Below, piece by piece: positions 34,900 to 46,680 of a stretch of DNA of 64,000 nt. The notes beneath the pieces were generated by a model. The model ran no database searches and had not been told where the DNA came from. It saw only the letters and a program-made list of their open reading frames with translations. A program made the translations under genes and the position numbers. This stretch comes from Squalus acanthias. Lineage: Eukaryota. The stretch's first letter is position 1. Every line of letters begins with the position of its first letter. The stretch spans positions 96,598,001 to 96,662,000 of the forward strand of contig CM059431.1 in assembly GCA_030390025.1 (NCBI GenBank). Reading direction: 5' to 3'.

Positions 34900-35300
34900 A
34901 TTGGGCCGGTTTGGTTCCGGTAATGGTTGCCCTGACAGTGCAGCCTTCCCTTACCCCAAGAACACGAAGTCGTCCCTCCTGCAGCATCCTTTGCTCCACG
35001 GTACTGCAGTGTTGTTCAGGACCAGCTTTCTGATTCACTGTTACTGTCCACCTCATACTTGTCCAACACTGTGGATTAGACAGTTCCAGTAATACTGGGA
35101 TTCCATGTCCCTGTGAATCCTGCCTCCTTTGGTTGTTCCTGCAGGTGGTCACTCTGTTCTCTCTATCCCTGTGTCTTGACCGGTCTAACATTGCCTCTTG
35201 GGTGGCCACATTCTGGAAAGTACAATCCAGAAACCCCTCATCCTCCCTTATGCTGCACATTGAGGCCAAACATTGCTCGAGCACAGAAGTCCTCTGCTCG
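34900..35300 (-). mobile_element. Decayed CR1 ORF1 fragment
   Basis: LASMCSIREDEGFLDCTFQNVAT..LSN resembles ORF1 at 8138-8330 (WSIRDAEDIVDNTFRELVTP..LSNRY). Confidence 0.55.
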
Positions 35301-35327
35301 AGAGACTTAATTTTCTGACACTATAAC

Positions 35328-35522
35328 GGGGGGAGAAGGGATGTGAAGTATCATCCATGGGGGAGAAGGGACGTGAAGTATCATCCATGGGGGAGAAGGG
35401 ACGTGAAGTATCATTCATGGGGGAGAAGGGACGTGAAGTATCATTCATGGGGGAGAAGGGACGTGAAGTATCATCCATGGGGGAGAAGGGACGTGAAGTA
35501 TCATCCATGGGGGGAAAAGGGG
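35328..35522. repeat. 30-bp minisatellite GGGGGAGAAGGGACGTGAAGTATCATCCAT, about 6.5 copies
   Basis: Direct inspection. Confidence 0.95.
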
Positions 35523-35544
35523 TGTTCATGTCTGGAGTAGTGGT

Positions 35545-37457
35545 GAAAGTAGCTGCCCTCGACATCAAAGCAGCATTCAACTAAAAATGGCCCCAAATAG
35601 CCCGAGCAAAACTTAGGTCAATGGAGGTCCAGGAGAAAACCCTTTAGTAGCTGGGGGCATACCCAAGACAAAGGAAGATGGGTGTGGCTGTTGCAATCTA
35701 ATCATCACAGCCCCAGGACATCGCTGTAGGAGTTCCTCAGGGAAGTGTTCTTGGTCCACCCATCTTCAGCTGCTTCACAATGACCTTCCGTCTGTCATAA
35801 GGCCAGGACTAGGGGCCGTTCACTGATGATTCCACAGTCTTCAGCTCCATTCACAACTCCTCCGATAATAAAACAGCCCGTGTAAGCCTACAGCAGGAGC
35901 TGGACAACATCCAAGTTTGGGCTGATATGTGGCCTGAATCTACCTGTCACTTAAGTGCCAGGCAATAACCCAATCATCTCCTTTTGACCTTCATTGGCAC
36001 TACCATCGCCATCAAGGCCTCCACCATTGACCAGAAGCTTAATTGCACCAGCCGTATAAACACCATGGCTACAAGTGCAAGACAGAGACTGGGTAATCTG
36101 CAATGAATGTGTCACCTCCTGTCTCCTCAAAATCTTTCCATCATCCTGAAGGCTCAAGTCAGAAGTGTGATGGGTGCAGCCACAACACTCAAGAAGCTGG
36201 AGACTTTCCAGGGCAGAGCAGTTTGCTCGATCCGTGTCCCTGCCACTGGACTGAAAATTCACCCCGCCACCAGTGATGGGCTTTGGCCACAGTGTGTACA
36301 AGCCACAGGATGCACTGCAGCAATTCGCCAAGCTTACTTCACCAGCAGCTCTCAAACCTGCAGCCTCCACCACTGGACAGGAAATATCTGGGAAATGTTC
36401 CACATTGTTGGTGGTGGTGCAGTGCTTGTGTTACTAGACGAGTAACCCAGAGGCCAGGACTATCCAGAGGATTATCTCATCATGGCAGTTTGAGAATTTG
36501 AATTCAGTTACAATCTGGAAGTAACTTCCCGCCAACATAAGGTCAGAAATGGGGATGTTCGCTGATGACTGCAGTGTTCAGTGCCATTCACAACACCTCA
36601 GATAATGAAGCAGTCCATGCCCGCATGCAGCAAGACCTGGACGATGTTCAGGCTTGGGCTGATAAGTGGCAGGTAACATTCGCGCCACAGAAGTGCCAGG
36701 CAATGACTATCTCCAACAAGCGAGAGTCTAACCTCCGCCCCTTGACATTCAACGGCATTACCATCACCGAATCCCCCACCATCAACATCCTGGGGGTCAC
36801 CATTGACCAGAAACTTAACTGGACCAGCCACATAAATACTGTGGCAACAAGAGCAGGTCAGAGGCTGGGTATTCTGTGGCGAGTGTCTCTCCTTCTGACT
36901 CCCCAAAGCCTTTCCACCATCTACAAGGCACATGTCAGGAGTGTGATGGAACACTCTCCACTTGTCTGGATGAGTGCATCTCCAACAACACTCAAGAAGC
37001 TCGACACCATCCAGGACAAAGCAGCCCGCTTGATTGGCACCCCATCCACCACCTTAAACATTCACTTCCTCCACCACCGGCGTACCGTGGCTGCAGTGTG
37101 TACCATCTACAAGATGCACTGCAGCAACTCGCCAAGGCTTTTTCGGCAGCACCTCCCAAACCCAGGACCTCTTCCACCTAGAAGAACAAGGGCAGCAGGC
37201 GCATGGGAACACCACCACCTCCAAGTTCCCCTCCAAGTCACACACCATCCTGACTTAGAAGTATATCGCCGATCCTTCATCGTCGCTGGGTCAAAATCCT
37301 GGAACTCCCTCCCTAACAGCACTGTGGGAGTACCTTCACCACATGGACTGCAGCAGTTCAAGAAGGCGGCTCATCACCACCTTCTCATGGGCAGTTAGGG
37401 ATGGGCAATAAATGCTGGCCTTGCCAGCAATGCCCACATCCCATAAACGAATAAAAA
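35545..37457 (+). mobile_element. Two tandem 5'-truncated copies of a second LINE family (old copy 35545-36390; younger copy 36525-37457)
   Basis: [37 protein letters not shown] 36565..37398. Confidence 0.85.
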
Positions 37458-37517
37458 TCTGGTCTCAATAGAAGTGACGATGTAGCTGCCAGATGCTGTA
37501 AAAACCCAACTGTCCTT

Positions 37518-38331
37518 TTGGTGAAGTTGTGGCAGATGGAAAATAATGTGGAGAAATGTGAATGTATCCACATTGGTAGGAAAAATAGAAAAGCAGATTA
37601 TTTTTTAAGAGGGGAGAGATTGGGAAATGTTGGCATGCCGAGGGATTTGGGTGTCCTTGCACACAAATCACAGAAAGTTAACATGCAGGTACAGCAAGCA
37701 ATTAGGAAAGAAAATGGTTTGTTATACTCCAATCCTTTTGCAATAAAGGCTAAGAATGAAGAAGTCTTACTGCAATTATATAGGGCCTTGGTGAAACTGC
37801 ATTTGGAATACTGGTCTCTTTACCTAAGGAAGGATACACTTGCCTTAGAGGGAGTGCAACAAAGGTTCACTCGACTCATTCCTGGGACGAGGGACTGAGT
37901 AGAATAGGCCTATGTTCCTCACAGTTTAGAAGAATGAGAGGTGATCTCATTGAAACGTATAAAATTCTGAAGGGGCTTGACAGGGTAGATGTTGGGAGGA
38001 TGTTTCCCCTGGCTGGAGAGTCTAGAACCAGGGATCACAGTCTCAGAATAAGGGGTCAGCCATTTAGGACTAAGATGAGGAGAAATTTCTTCACTCAGAG
38101 GGTGGTGAATCTTTGGAATTCTCTACCCCAGAGGGCTGTGGATGCTCAGTCATTGAGTATATTCAAAACTGAGATTGATAGATTTTTGGATACTAAGGGA
38201 ATCAAGAGATATGGAGATAGTGCGGGTAGGTGGAGTTGAGGTAGAAGATCAGCCATGATCTTATTGAATGGTGGAGCAGGCTCGAAGGGCCGAATGGCCG
38301 ACTCCTGCTCCTAATTCTTATGTTCTTATGT
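37518..38331 (+). mobile_element. 5'-truncated CR1
   Basis: ORFs 37518..37898 and 37934..38239; TTCTTATG tail. Confidence 0.88.
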
Positions 38332-38933
38332 TGGGTAAATGTCACAGCTGGACTGGAATAGCTCGGGAAGCAGCTCGTTCCTAGTGCACACACCTTCGGC
38401 ACGATAGCCGTGATGTTGTCAGACCCCAAAGTCTTTGTCAAGTCCAGTGCACTCAGCATCACATGGTGTGAGCCGAATTGGCTAGACACGGCAGCCATGA
38501 TGCTGAGGACTTTATGAGGAGGCCAAGCAAGCCTTTGGCTGAAGATAATCGCGAAGACTTTAACCTTGTCTCTTGCACTCAAATGCCAGGCTCCGCAATA
38601 GTTGAGGATGGGGCTGCGGATGTATGAGTTGCCGGATTGTCCATCCATGGATGTGGTTGGGCTTCAGAGCTTTGCTCTAAGCAGTTGGTCATGGGACTGC
38701 TTAGCTCTGCCTTTAGCCTGCTGCTTTCGCTGTACAGCCATGTTGTAGCTTCACTGGGTTGATGCCGATTCCAGGGTATGGCTGATGCTGCATCTGATTC
38801 ACCCTCCTACACTTTTGGTAGAAGGAGTGAGTCGTATCAGTGATGTCTAAAATTCTGAAATTATTCCGGTTCTCTATGTAAATTCCAGGAAGATTTAAAT
38901 GGGCCCGAAGCAATCCACGATGTTCTCATTTAC

Positions 38934-39084
38934 CTTGTTTCTTTGCCGTTCTGTCTGTGTTTTCATGTTAAACCAAGGCTCATCCCGAATAGAATCACTT
39001 TGCCATATGTATTTCAGGACTGTGGTTATCAAAGCTTTACTGATCAAGATACACAAGTACACAATCAGGAACGCATTCATTGAT
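38934..39084 (-). CDS. ATP11A: ATP11A coding exon (151 bp) SMNAFLIVYLCILISKALITTVLKYIWQ...ERQRNK, TM3
   Basis: taacag|A TCA ... AAG|gtaaat; lies in ORF 38895..39122. Confidence 0.95.
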
Positions 39085-39486
39085 CTGTTAAAGAAAATAC
39101 ACAAATTACGCACGGATATCAAACAGACAGAATTATAGACATGCAGAGCTTGGCTTGAGACCAGTAGGGGCGCACCATAATATGCCCTAATGTCGACCCC
39201 CGGGGCACACCACTAGCTTGGGATCTCATTGTGTTACTTTCAAGCTCTGACTACTGAATAAGGTATACTACTAATACCAGTGATTTTTGTATCATGATTG
39301 AGTGTGTGAATAGTGATTGCATGATTCAGTGTACAACAAACAATCAGTGATGAGTAGGGCAAGTGACTTGTTGTGATAAATAAATAGTGAAAATCACAGG
39401 ACAACTTTGGGGTCTCTCAGGCCAAGATTCTCTGTCTCGCTGTCGCACCACTCAATCTACATGCTGGCCTTTCTCCCCTGCCGACC

Positions 39487-39633
39487 TCTCTCCATAACCC
39501 CCAATCTATTTACCAATCTCTCTCCATATCTCCCAATCTATTTACCAATCTCTCTCCATATTCCCCAATATATTTACCAATCTCTCTCCATAACCCCCAA
39601 TTTATTTACCAATCTCTCTCCATAACCCCCAAT
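39487..39633. repeat. 32-bp minisatellite TCTCTCCATAACCCCCAATCTATTTACCAATC, about 4.5 copies
   Basis: Direct inspection. Confidence 0.9.
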
Positions 39634-39702
39634 CCCTTTTCTTTATTTTTTGAAACACATCTATTGGTCTCCTGAACCCAAAAACACTAGTTAGTTTAAT
39701 GA

Positions 39703-40202
39703 TTTCGGAGGGTTGTAGGGCTGGAGAAGATTACAGAGATAGGGAGGGGCGAGGCCATGGAGAGATTTGAAAACAAGGATGAGAATTTTAAAATGGAGGC
39801 GTTGCCGGACCGGGAGCCAATGTAGGTCAGCGGGCACATGGATGATGGGTGAACGGGACTTGGTGCGAGTTAGGATACAGACAGCAGAGTTTTGGATGAG
39901 CTGAAGTTTAAGGAGGGTGCAAGGTGGGAGGACGGCCAGGAAAACATTGGAATAGTCGAGTCTGAAGGTAATAAAGGCATGGATGAGGGTTTCAGCAGAT
40001 GAGCTGAAGCAGGGGCGGAGACGGGCAATATTACAGAGGTGGAAGTAGGCGGTCTTAGTGATGGAGAGGCTCTGGGGCAGAAGCTCAGCATCAAATAGGA
40101 TGCCAAGGTTGCGAACGGTTTGGTTCAGCCTCAGACAGTGGCCTGGAAGAGGAATGGAGTCTGTGGCTAGGGAACGGAGTTTGTGGTGGGAACGAAGATA
40201 AT
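39703..40202 (-). mobile_element. L2-type LINE fragment
   Basis: Collinear with 2590-3150. Confidence 0.85.
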
Positions 40203-40947
40203 GGCCCAGAAATTAATGACGGAGCCTTCGTGCGGGGGTAAGGCTTCCCCGCGATATCTCACTGCGCGCCTGCCTTTTCATTCCGAGCTCGCACGAACTT
40301 GATTTTCTAGACAGCAGCTGTGCAGTGCTTCCGTATCCCACAGGCGCAGTTAATTCGTGCGAGCTGTGGGATCACGTGATTCAGTTAGAGCCAATGGCAG
40401 CACACCATCTTTCATTCATAGTTTTCACAGCAAGTGCTGTGAAAGCTATGAATCTATACCCCCTCAAAAGAACAGCTAAACCTCAATTAAATTTTTTTTA
40501 AAAACCATCACATTAATAAAATAAGTATAGTTAAATAAATTAACCACTTTACCACAAAAAATTTAATTTTTGAAAAAATTTAAAATCTTTTAAAAAGTTA
40601 TAAAAATAAACTTACCTTTCTTTAAAGTCTCTAAAAAAGATATACCTGTTGAAAAAAATTCAAAATAATACTTAATTAACTACTTACCTTGTTAAAAGAG
40701 GGTCTTACGCCTCCTTTCTTTATGTGCAAAATCTTCCATGCTTACCTGCGCGTTCAAAGCACTAAGTGCACTGCGTGCGCGCAGCCTGTAGCGCGCACGC
40801 AGTTCACCTCGGAACCGCCCCCTTTTGAAATCACCAAGTGCCGGTTTTCAGCGCATGCGCAGTGCATGCATAAAACCGGCAATTGGAGACAGAATACGCG
40901 AGAGTACACAGTGCGTACTCTCGCGTAGAGACACTAATTTTTGGGCC
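40203..40947. mobile_element. PIF/Harbinger-type MITE (745 bp) with AT-rich core
   Basis: TIRs GGCCCAGAAATTAATG / GGCCCAAAAATTAGTG; 3-bp TSD AAT. Confidence 0.85.
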
Positions 40948-41152
40948 AATAGCTCCAGCATTCTCAATATTTACTTACAGGAGTCAAATACATTCCTTAC
41001 TGAAAGAAACTGATCACTTCATACGAGTGAAAAACAAAAAGTAAAGACAGCACCGTAGGCAAATTCGAATCAGCTTAATCCTGTAACGCTAGTTTTAGTT
41101 TCAGTGCCACACAGTGTGTGAGTGACAACACGAGGGATAGACACAGCCTTAC

Positions 41153-41234
41153 TTTTCTACAGCTGAGCGTTTCTGTGACTTGGATTGGTAATTCAATGCC
41201 ATCTTGGTTTCCATGCCAGTGTAAATTGCCACTC
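41153..41234 (-). CDS. ATP11A: ATP11A coding exon (82 bp) [28 protein letters not shown]
   Basis: ttcag|GA GTG ... AA|gtaagg. Confidence 0.95.
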
Positions 41235-41929
41235 CTGAAACACGAGCAAACAATATTGGAGGAAAGCACCAGTGACAGGAAATATCACACAAATACAAAC
41301 ATAACAAAATCACAATTCACAGAGAATTAATTCCGACAATTACTGCACCAGACTTTGAACATTGTTAGAACCTAATTAAATAACCTGTAATGAAGTCACT
41401 GAAGTCCCACAATCAAATATTGCTTCAAATCCCATCAACAGGCATTTTACAATGTTACAAAGGGAGCTATAATACCAATGCAACTATTAACATGTGAACC
41501 CGATGATATACCTCATGTCACTAATTAGTTCAAATATTCCCAGCTATGTGATGAGTGGAGAGGCGGGGGCGGGAGAGAGGAGTTAGGAGGGAGGGGATGT
41601 AACACATATTCTGACAAGAGAAATATAGACACACTGAACAGAATAGGAACACCATCACATCTTAGGATTTTTGACTATTCTTCCACTGAAAGGATTTGGG
41701 AGTGAGTTACATTAAGTGGTGTTTAAATTTACATGGGTTCACGTTGGATTTCAGTCGTATCCAGCAGCCACCGAGGAAAGAGTTGTTAATCAACCAGGTA
41801 TTGACAATGTGCTGTTTATCTTGTTTCAGACTTCCAAGAAACATCCACATCTATTTTCTGATAGATTAATTTGAGTCCAGGATGGGGTGTCTCTGGGAAA
41901 CTGATGGGGAAGAGGAGAAACACGTAGCA

Positions 41930-42915
41930 GCTTTTCCCCTGCTCTGCATTTGCTTAAAAGCTGTTCATCTCCAGCATCTTTCAGTTCAGCCGAAAGGTCA
42001 TCGACCTGAAACGTTGGGGGGAATTTTGCCAGCCCTGGGGAGGCGGGTTTGGAGGCGGGACTGCCGGGAAAATGGCAGAATCTGGGGGCGGGTACCCATC
42101 CCACCCCAACCCGCCTCCGTGCCATCTTCCCAGGAGGCGGGTACCCGACCCGCGCCAGGTCCCGTCTCCTCGAGGCGGGAAGGGGATTAGTGCCAATTAA
42201 CTGCCTGTTAACAGGTAGTTAACAGGTTTTTTTTTGGCTAATACCTATTTTCAGCCCTGAAGTATGGGCTTCCCGACGGCTCCGAACCTCGCCAGGGTCA
42301 GTGAGGTGAGCCGTGGGTCTGCGGGGGTCGGAGGGGCCGAGATGTCCGGTGTGCAGGTGAGTGATGGGTGCACGTGTGAAGAGGTAAGTGTGTGAGGTGT
42401 GTTTAAAATGTTTTAACAAGTTTTACTTACCTTTACTTCTTCCTGCAGGCTTCCTCCCTTCAGGTCTCGGAGTCCCTCAGCTCACCGGCACAGAAAGCAG
42501 AATGGCCGCTGAACTGTCAAAAGCTGCAGCCTTTTGCTTTCTGCTCAGGAGGGCTCTCTAACTCAGCCTGAGTTACAGGACTGAACTTAGAGGACAGATT
42601 GTCAGTGTTTGACAGCTTCACAGAGCCATCAAACAATGACAATTCATCTGTCAAAAGCTCTTGACAGATGAAATGTCACTCGCTGACGTCACTTGTAACT
42701 GGCTTTCCCTTAATTGGCCTGCTTGGCCCGCTGGGTCAATCAAGGGAAAATAGCGTGGGTTGGCCACAAGTCGATGGAGGTGGGACTAAAACCCGACAAG
42801 TGGGAGTCCCGCCTCCAAAAGCTCCCCATTGGCAAAATCCAGCCCGTTAACTCTGTTTCTCTCTCCACAGATGCTGCCTGACCTGCAGAGTGTTTCCAGC
42901 ATTTTCCATCTTTTA
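41930..42915 (+). mobile_element. Decayed Penelope-like terminal repeat (same family as 44655-45156) split by a MITE
   Basis: 41983-42015 and 42849-42905 join into the sequence seen intact at 45023-45115. Confidence 0.75.
42016..42845. mobile_element. PIF/Harbinger-type MITE (830 bp)
   Basis: TIRs GGGGGGAATTTTGCCA / GGGCTGGATTTTGCCA; 3-bp TSD GTT. Confidence 0.85.
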
Positions 42916-43727
42916 TTGACAGACTGACTGGTGAATCACTAAATGGGGAAGAAGTCCGAGGGACAATCCAAACTCAGGAATAACAAAAAGAAAAGGAAAA
43001 CGTGCAAAGTCAATGACAATGGTGCACCAAGGAAAAGACAGGAAAGATCTAGGCACAACCGAGAGCAACAAGTGACATCCAAGTCTTGGTCTGTTTCGAT
43101 GCCAGACTGACCAAAGGAAGCATTAGTCAGCCCACTAACCCAGGGCACGGCAGTGTGGACTATTATTTTTCTTCATGAATGGCGGTGGTGGGTGGGGGGG
43201 GGGGTGTTTGAAGTTAAATGAAGTTAGAAATATTTCATCATAACCATTATTTTGGATGTTCACTTTAATATAAAACAGTGACTACACTGCAAAAATGTTT
43301 AATTGACTGTAAAGAGCTTTGAGACAGCCTTAGGTTGTGAAAAGCGCTACAGAAATGCAAGTTCCTTCTTTCATTTTTTTAAATAAAGCAGTTAAATGAT
43401 TCATATCTGGCTTCATCTCACTAAAGTGTTTTCAATCCACCTACTGAAAGACATATACGCGAGTCACGCCATCCACTTCTGATCACAAGGGGTCCTAACA
43501 TTATGCTTGCGTTACACCATCGCTGCTTCAATATTGGGTGGTATGGGCAGACTCCTGAACGCAAGATGCTCAGACCACTTACAGGAGTGACCAGCACTGC
43601 CGAGAATATCTACGGCCAACCCAAACTTTATAACTGGCATACACATATTGAATATACAGTAAAATACACTCGGGTCACTGTGAATGGAGCAAGACACACA
43701 CAGTGGATAAAGCAAACTGGGTTTTAC

Positions 43728-43792
43728 CGTAAATGTTCTGGGTATTTTTTAAAGTTGCCCCTCTCAGCAGCACATTCTCTGCTCCCAAAGGC
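43728..43792 (-). CDS. ATP11A: ATP11A coding exon (65 bp) PLGAENVLLRGATLKNTQNIY
   Basis: ttccag|G CCT ... G|gtaaaa; LLRG..LKNT motif. Confidence 0.93.
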
Positions 43793-44100
43793 CTGGAATA
43801 AAGTTAAAAATTATTGAGGAAATAAAGCCATAAAAAAAATTGCAATTTTTAGATGACTATAAACAGATTCGTAGGCCTCAGGCCAGAGGAGCTCTTCAGC
43901 CAGGATGAGCTTCACCTAAACAAAGGCAGATCACTTTCACTCACAGACAGTGTCTGTACAGCAATAGGGGACGAGCTAAACTAGTCAGGCAGGGGAGGGC
44001 CAGTTCTCTAGCAAATGCGGCAGGAAGAGCAAGGCTCCAGAAGGTATATTAAGGAGACGGGGGGGGGGGAGGGTCTATAGTGCAGATAGGAGAGAGGGGA

Positions 44101-45156
44101 ATAACAACAGAAAACGCTGGAAAAACTCGGCAGGCGAGGCAGCATCCGTGGAGAGAGAAACAGAGTTAACGTTTCAGGTCGAAGACCTTTCATCAGAACT
44201 GGAAATAGCAGGAAATGAAATAGATTTAAGGCAAGGATAAAGCTGGGAAAAGGGGGAGGGGATGAAAGAACAAAAGGAGAGATTAAGAGACATTAAGCGA
44301 CATTAAGAGATGATCAAGGCAAGAGGTGGTGTTAATGTGACAGGTTGAGGCTAAAAGAAGTGTGAAATGCACTGGCAGAATGAAGGACAGCTGCCAGCTT
44401 CTAGGAGGGGAAAAAAAAGGTGGGGGGGCAAACAAAAGGGTGGATGAAAAAATAAAATATAAATGTGATTGGGGCTGAGGTTATGATCTAAAATTGTTGA
44501 ACTCGATAGAGTCCAGAGGGCTGTAGCGTGCCTAAACAAAAGATGAGGTGCTGTTCCTCGAGCTTACGCTGCGCCTGTCGCCTGTCACTTTAATTCACCG
44601 CTTCACTCTCACTCTGACCTCACCGTCCTCGGCCTATTACACTGTTCCACGGAAGCGCAGCGTAAGCTCGAGGAACAGCACCTCATCTTTCGTTTAGGCA
44701 CGCTACAGCCCTCTGGACTCAATATCGAGTTCAACAATTTTAGATCATAACCTCAGCCCCAATCACATTTATATTTTATTTTTTCATCCACCCTTTTGTT
44801 TGCCTCCCCCCGCCTCTTTTTTTCCCTCCTAGAAGCTGGCAGCTGTCCTTCATTCTGCCAGTGCATTTCACACTTCTTTTAGCCTCAACCTGTCACATTA
44901 ACACCACCTCTTGCCTTGATCATCTCTTAATGTCTCTTAATCTCTCCTTTTGTTCTTTCATCCCCTCCCCCTTTTCCCAGCTTTATACTTGCCTTAAATC
45001 TATTTCATTTCCTGCTATTTCCAGTTCTGACGAAAGGTCTTCGACCTGAAACGTTAACTCTGTTTCTCTCTCCACGGATGCTGCCTCGCCTGCTGAGTTT
45101 TTCCAGCGTTTTCTGTTGTTATTTCGGATTTCCAGCATCTGCAGTATTTTGCTATC
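44101..45156 (+). mobile_element. Fold-back Penelope-like element with inverted terminal repeats and a GIY-YIG C-terminal remnant (44574-44750)
   Basis: About 470-bp inverted arms (44100-44574 / 44655-45123); 15-bp TSD ATAGGAGAGAGGGGA; peptide PVACHFNSPLHSHSDLTVLGLLHCSTEAQRKLEEQHLIFRLGTLQPSGLNIEFNNFRS*. Confidence 0.9.
45023..45059 (+). ncRNA. Minimal hammerhead ribozyme motif (mirror copy on the minus strand at 44164-44200 with core CUGAUGA)
   Basis: aguu CUGACGA a agguc-uuc-gaccu GAAA cg UU aacu; palindromic ACGU stem III. Confidence 0.7.
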
Positions 45157-45379
45157 ATAGGAGAGAGGGGACATGGAGAGATAGGCCACCAGACTTGGGG
45201 GAGACAGGCCACCCCAAGGTGCTGTTCCTGTCGGTTTGAAAGAATTCCCAATTTTCTTGTGCCAATTTAGCAGGTTCATAATTTAAATATTTGCTATACA
45301 GGAATATTTAATAAATATTAAATGCAGATCTGAAAACAGACATTAAATATTTAAGGAGGATAAACTGGATTCCACTTAC

Positions 45380-45430
45380 CTTGCAATAGGCCCCTCTGTC
45401 TCATGGTAAATATTGATCCGGCCAACAAAA
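45380..45430 (-). CDS. ATP11A: ATP11A coding exon (51 bp) FVGRINIYHETEGPIAR
   Basis: ttacag|T TTT ... AG|gtaagt. Confidence 0.92.
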
Positions 45431-45684
45431 CTGTAAGTAAAAATATCCCAAACATGGCCGTTAGCAGCGTGATTTGTGGGAAACAGGGAATGAGTCCCGA
45501 TTGCAGAGGTTTCCCAGCACTGCCCGGGGGGGGCGGGGGTGGTGCAGGAATCGGAAAAATCTCCAAGGCCTCGCCCTTCTCCCATTACATTTAGTGGGCC
45601 CGGGACGGCCGCAGGTGCCGTTGCCAATCTGTAGTGAAGGTGCAAAACATTTCCAGCCCCCAACATGCTTCAAACAGAAGAGAC

Positions 45685-46210
45685 AGGGGTGCTGGGGCAG
45701 GGGCGTGCTGGGGCAGGGGGGGGTGGTGCTGGGGCGGGGGGGGTGGTGCTGGGGCGGGGGCGGGGGGGTACTGGGGCAGGGGGGGTGCTGGGGCGGGGGG
45801 GTGCTGGGGCGGGTGGGTGGTGCTGGGGGGGGGGGTGCTGGGGCGGGGGTGGTGCTGGGGCGGGTGGGGTGGTGCTGGGGGGGGGGGTGCTGGGGCGGGG
45901 GTGGTGCTGGGGCAGGGGGGGTGCTGGGGCAGGGGGGGTGCTGGGGCGGGTGGGGTGGTGCTGGGGGGGGGGGGTGCTGGGGCGGGGGTGGTGCTGGGGC
46001 GGGTGCTGGGGCGGGGGGGGTACTGGGGCGGGGGGGGGGGGTGCTGGGGCGAGGGGGGGGGGTGCTGGGGCGGGGGGTGGTGCTGGGGCGGGGGTGGTGC
46101 TGGGGGCGGGTGCTGGGGCGGGGGGGGGGGTGGTGCTGGGGCAGGGGGGGTACTGGGGCGGGGGGGGGGTGCTGGGGCGAGGGAGGGGGGGGGGTGCTGG
46201 GGCGGGGGCT
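45685..46210. repeat. G-rich degenerate tandem repeat (GGTGCTGGGGC-Gn)
   Basis: Direct inspection; dozens of G runs of 4 or more. Confidence 0.95.
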
Positions 46211-46680
46211 GACCTGGGGAGATTCAGGTTTAACCACACTCCATACTTAAAGCAAAATGTGCAACAGCTTTTGAGAGTCATGGATAAATATTTGAAAAAT
46301 AAAAATGTGAAAGGACAGGGAGTGGGACTAATTGGATCGTTCTTTCAGAGACATGCACAGGCACGATGGGCTGAATGACCGCCTTCTGTGCTGGAAGATT
46401 CTGTAATTCTGTTCGGGCTTTTTCCACAAAGACTGAGAACGGTTTGGGCTGACCTGGCAGCGGCTTTGATTCCAGGAGAAGGTGAATAATGATGGACAAT
46501 TTGGCTAGTCGACAGATGATAATGAGAGGATAGAAATTCAAAATGATCTCAAATAGAACTTATAGGAGAGCTTAGAAAAATATTTCTTCACACAGGGTAG
46601 TTAGACTGAGAAATTTTCTGTCACAAACTGAGCCCATGAATTCTTCGAAAAAATTAGATAGTTTCTTGAAAAAAAGGATT

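Noticed and set aside
45461..46378. Gly-rich and Pro-rich ORFs resembling extensin or collagen
   Set aside because: Low-complexity G-rich repeat that is open in most frames
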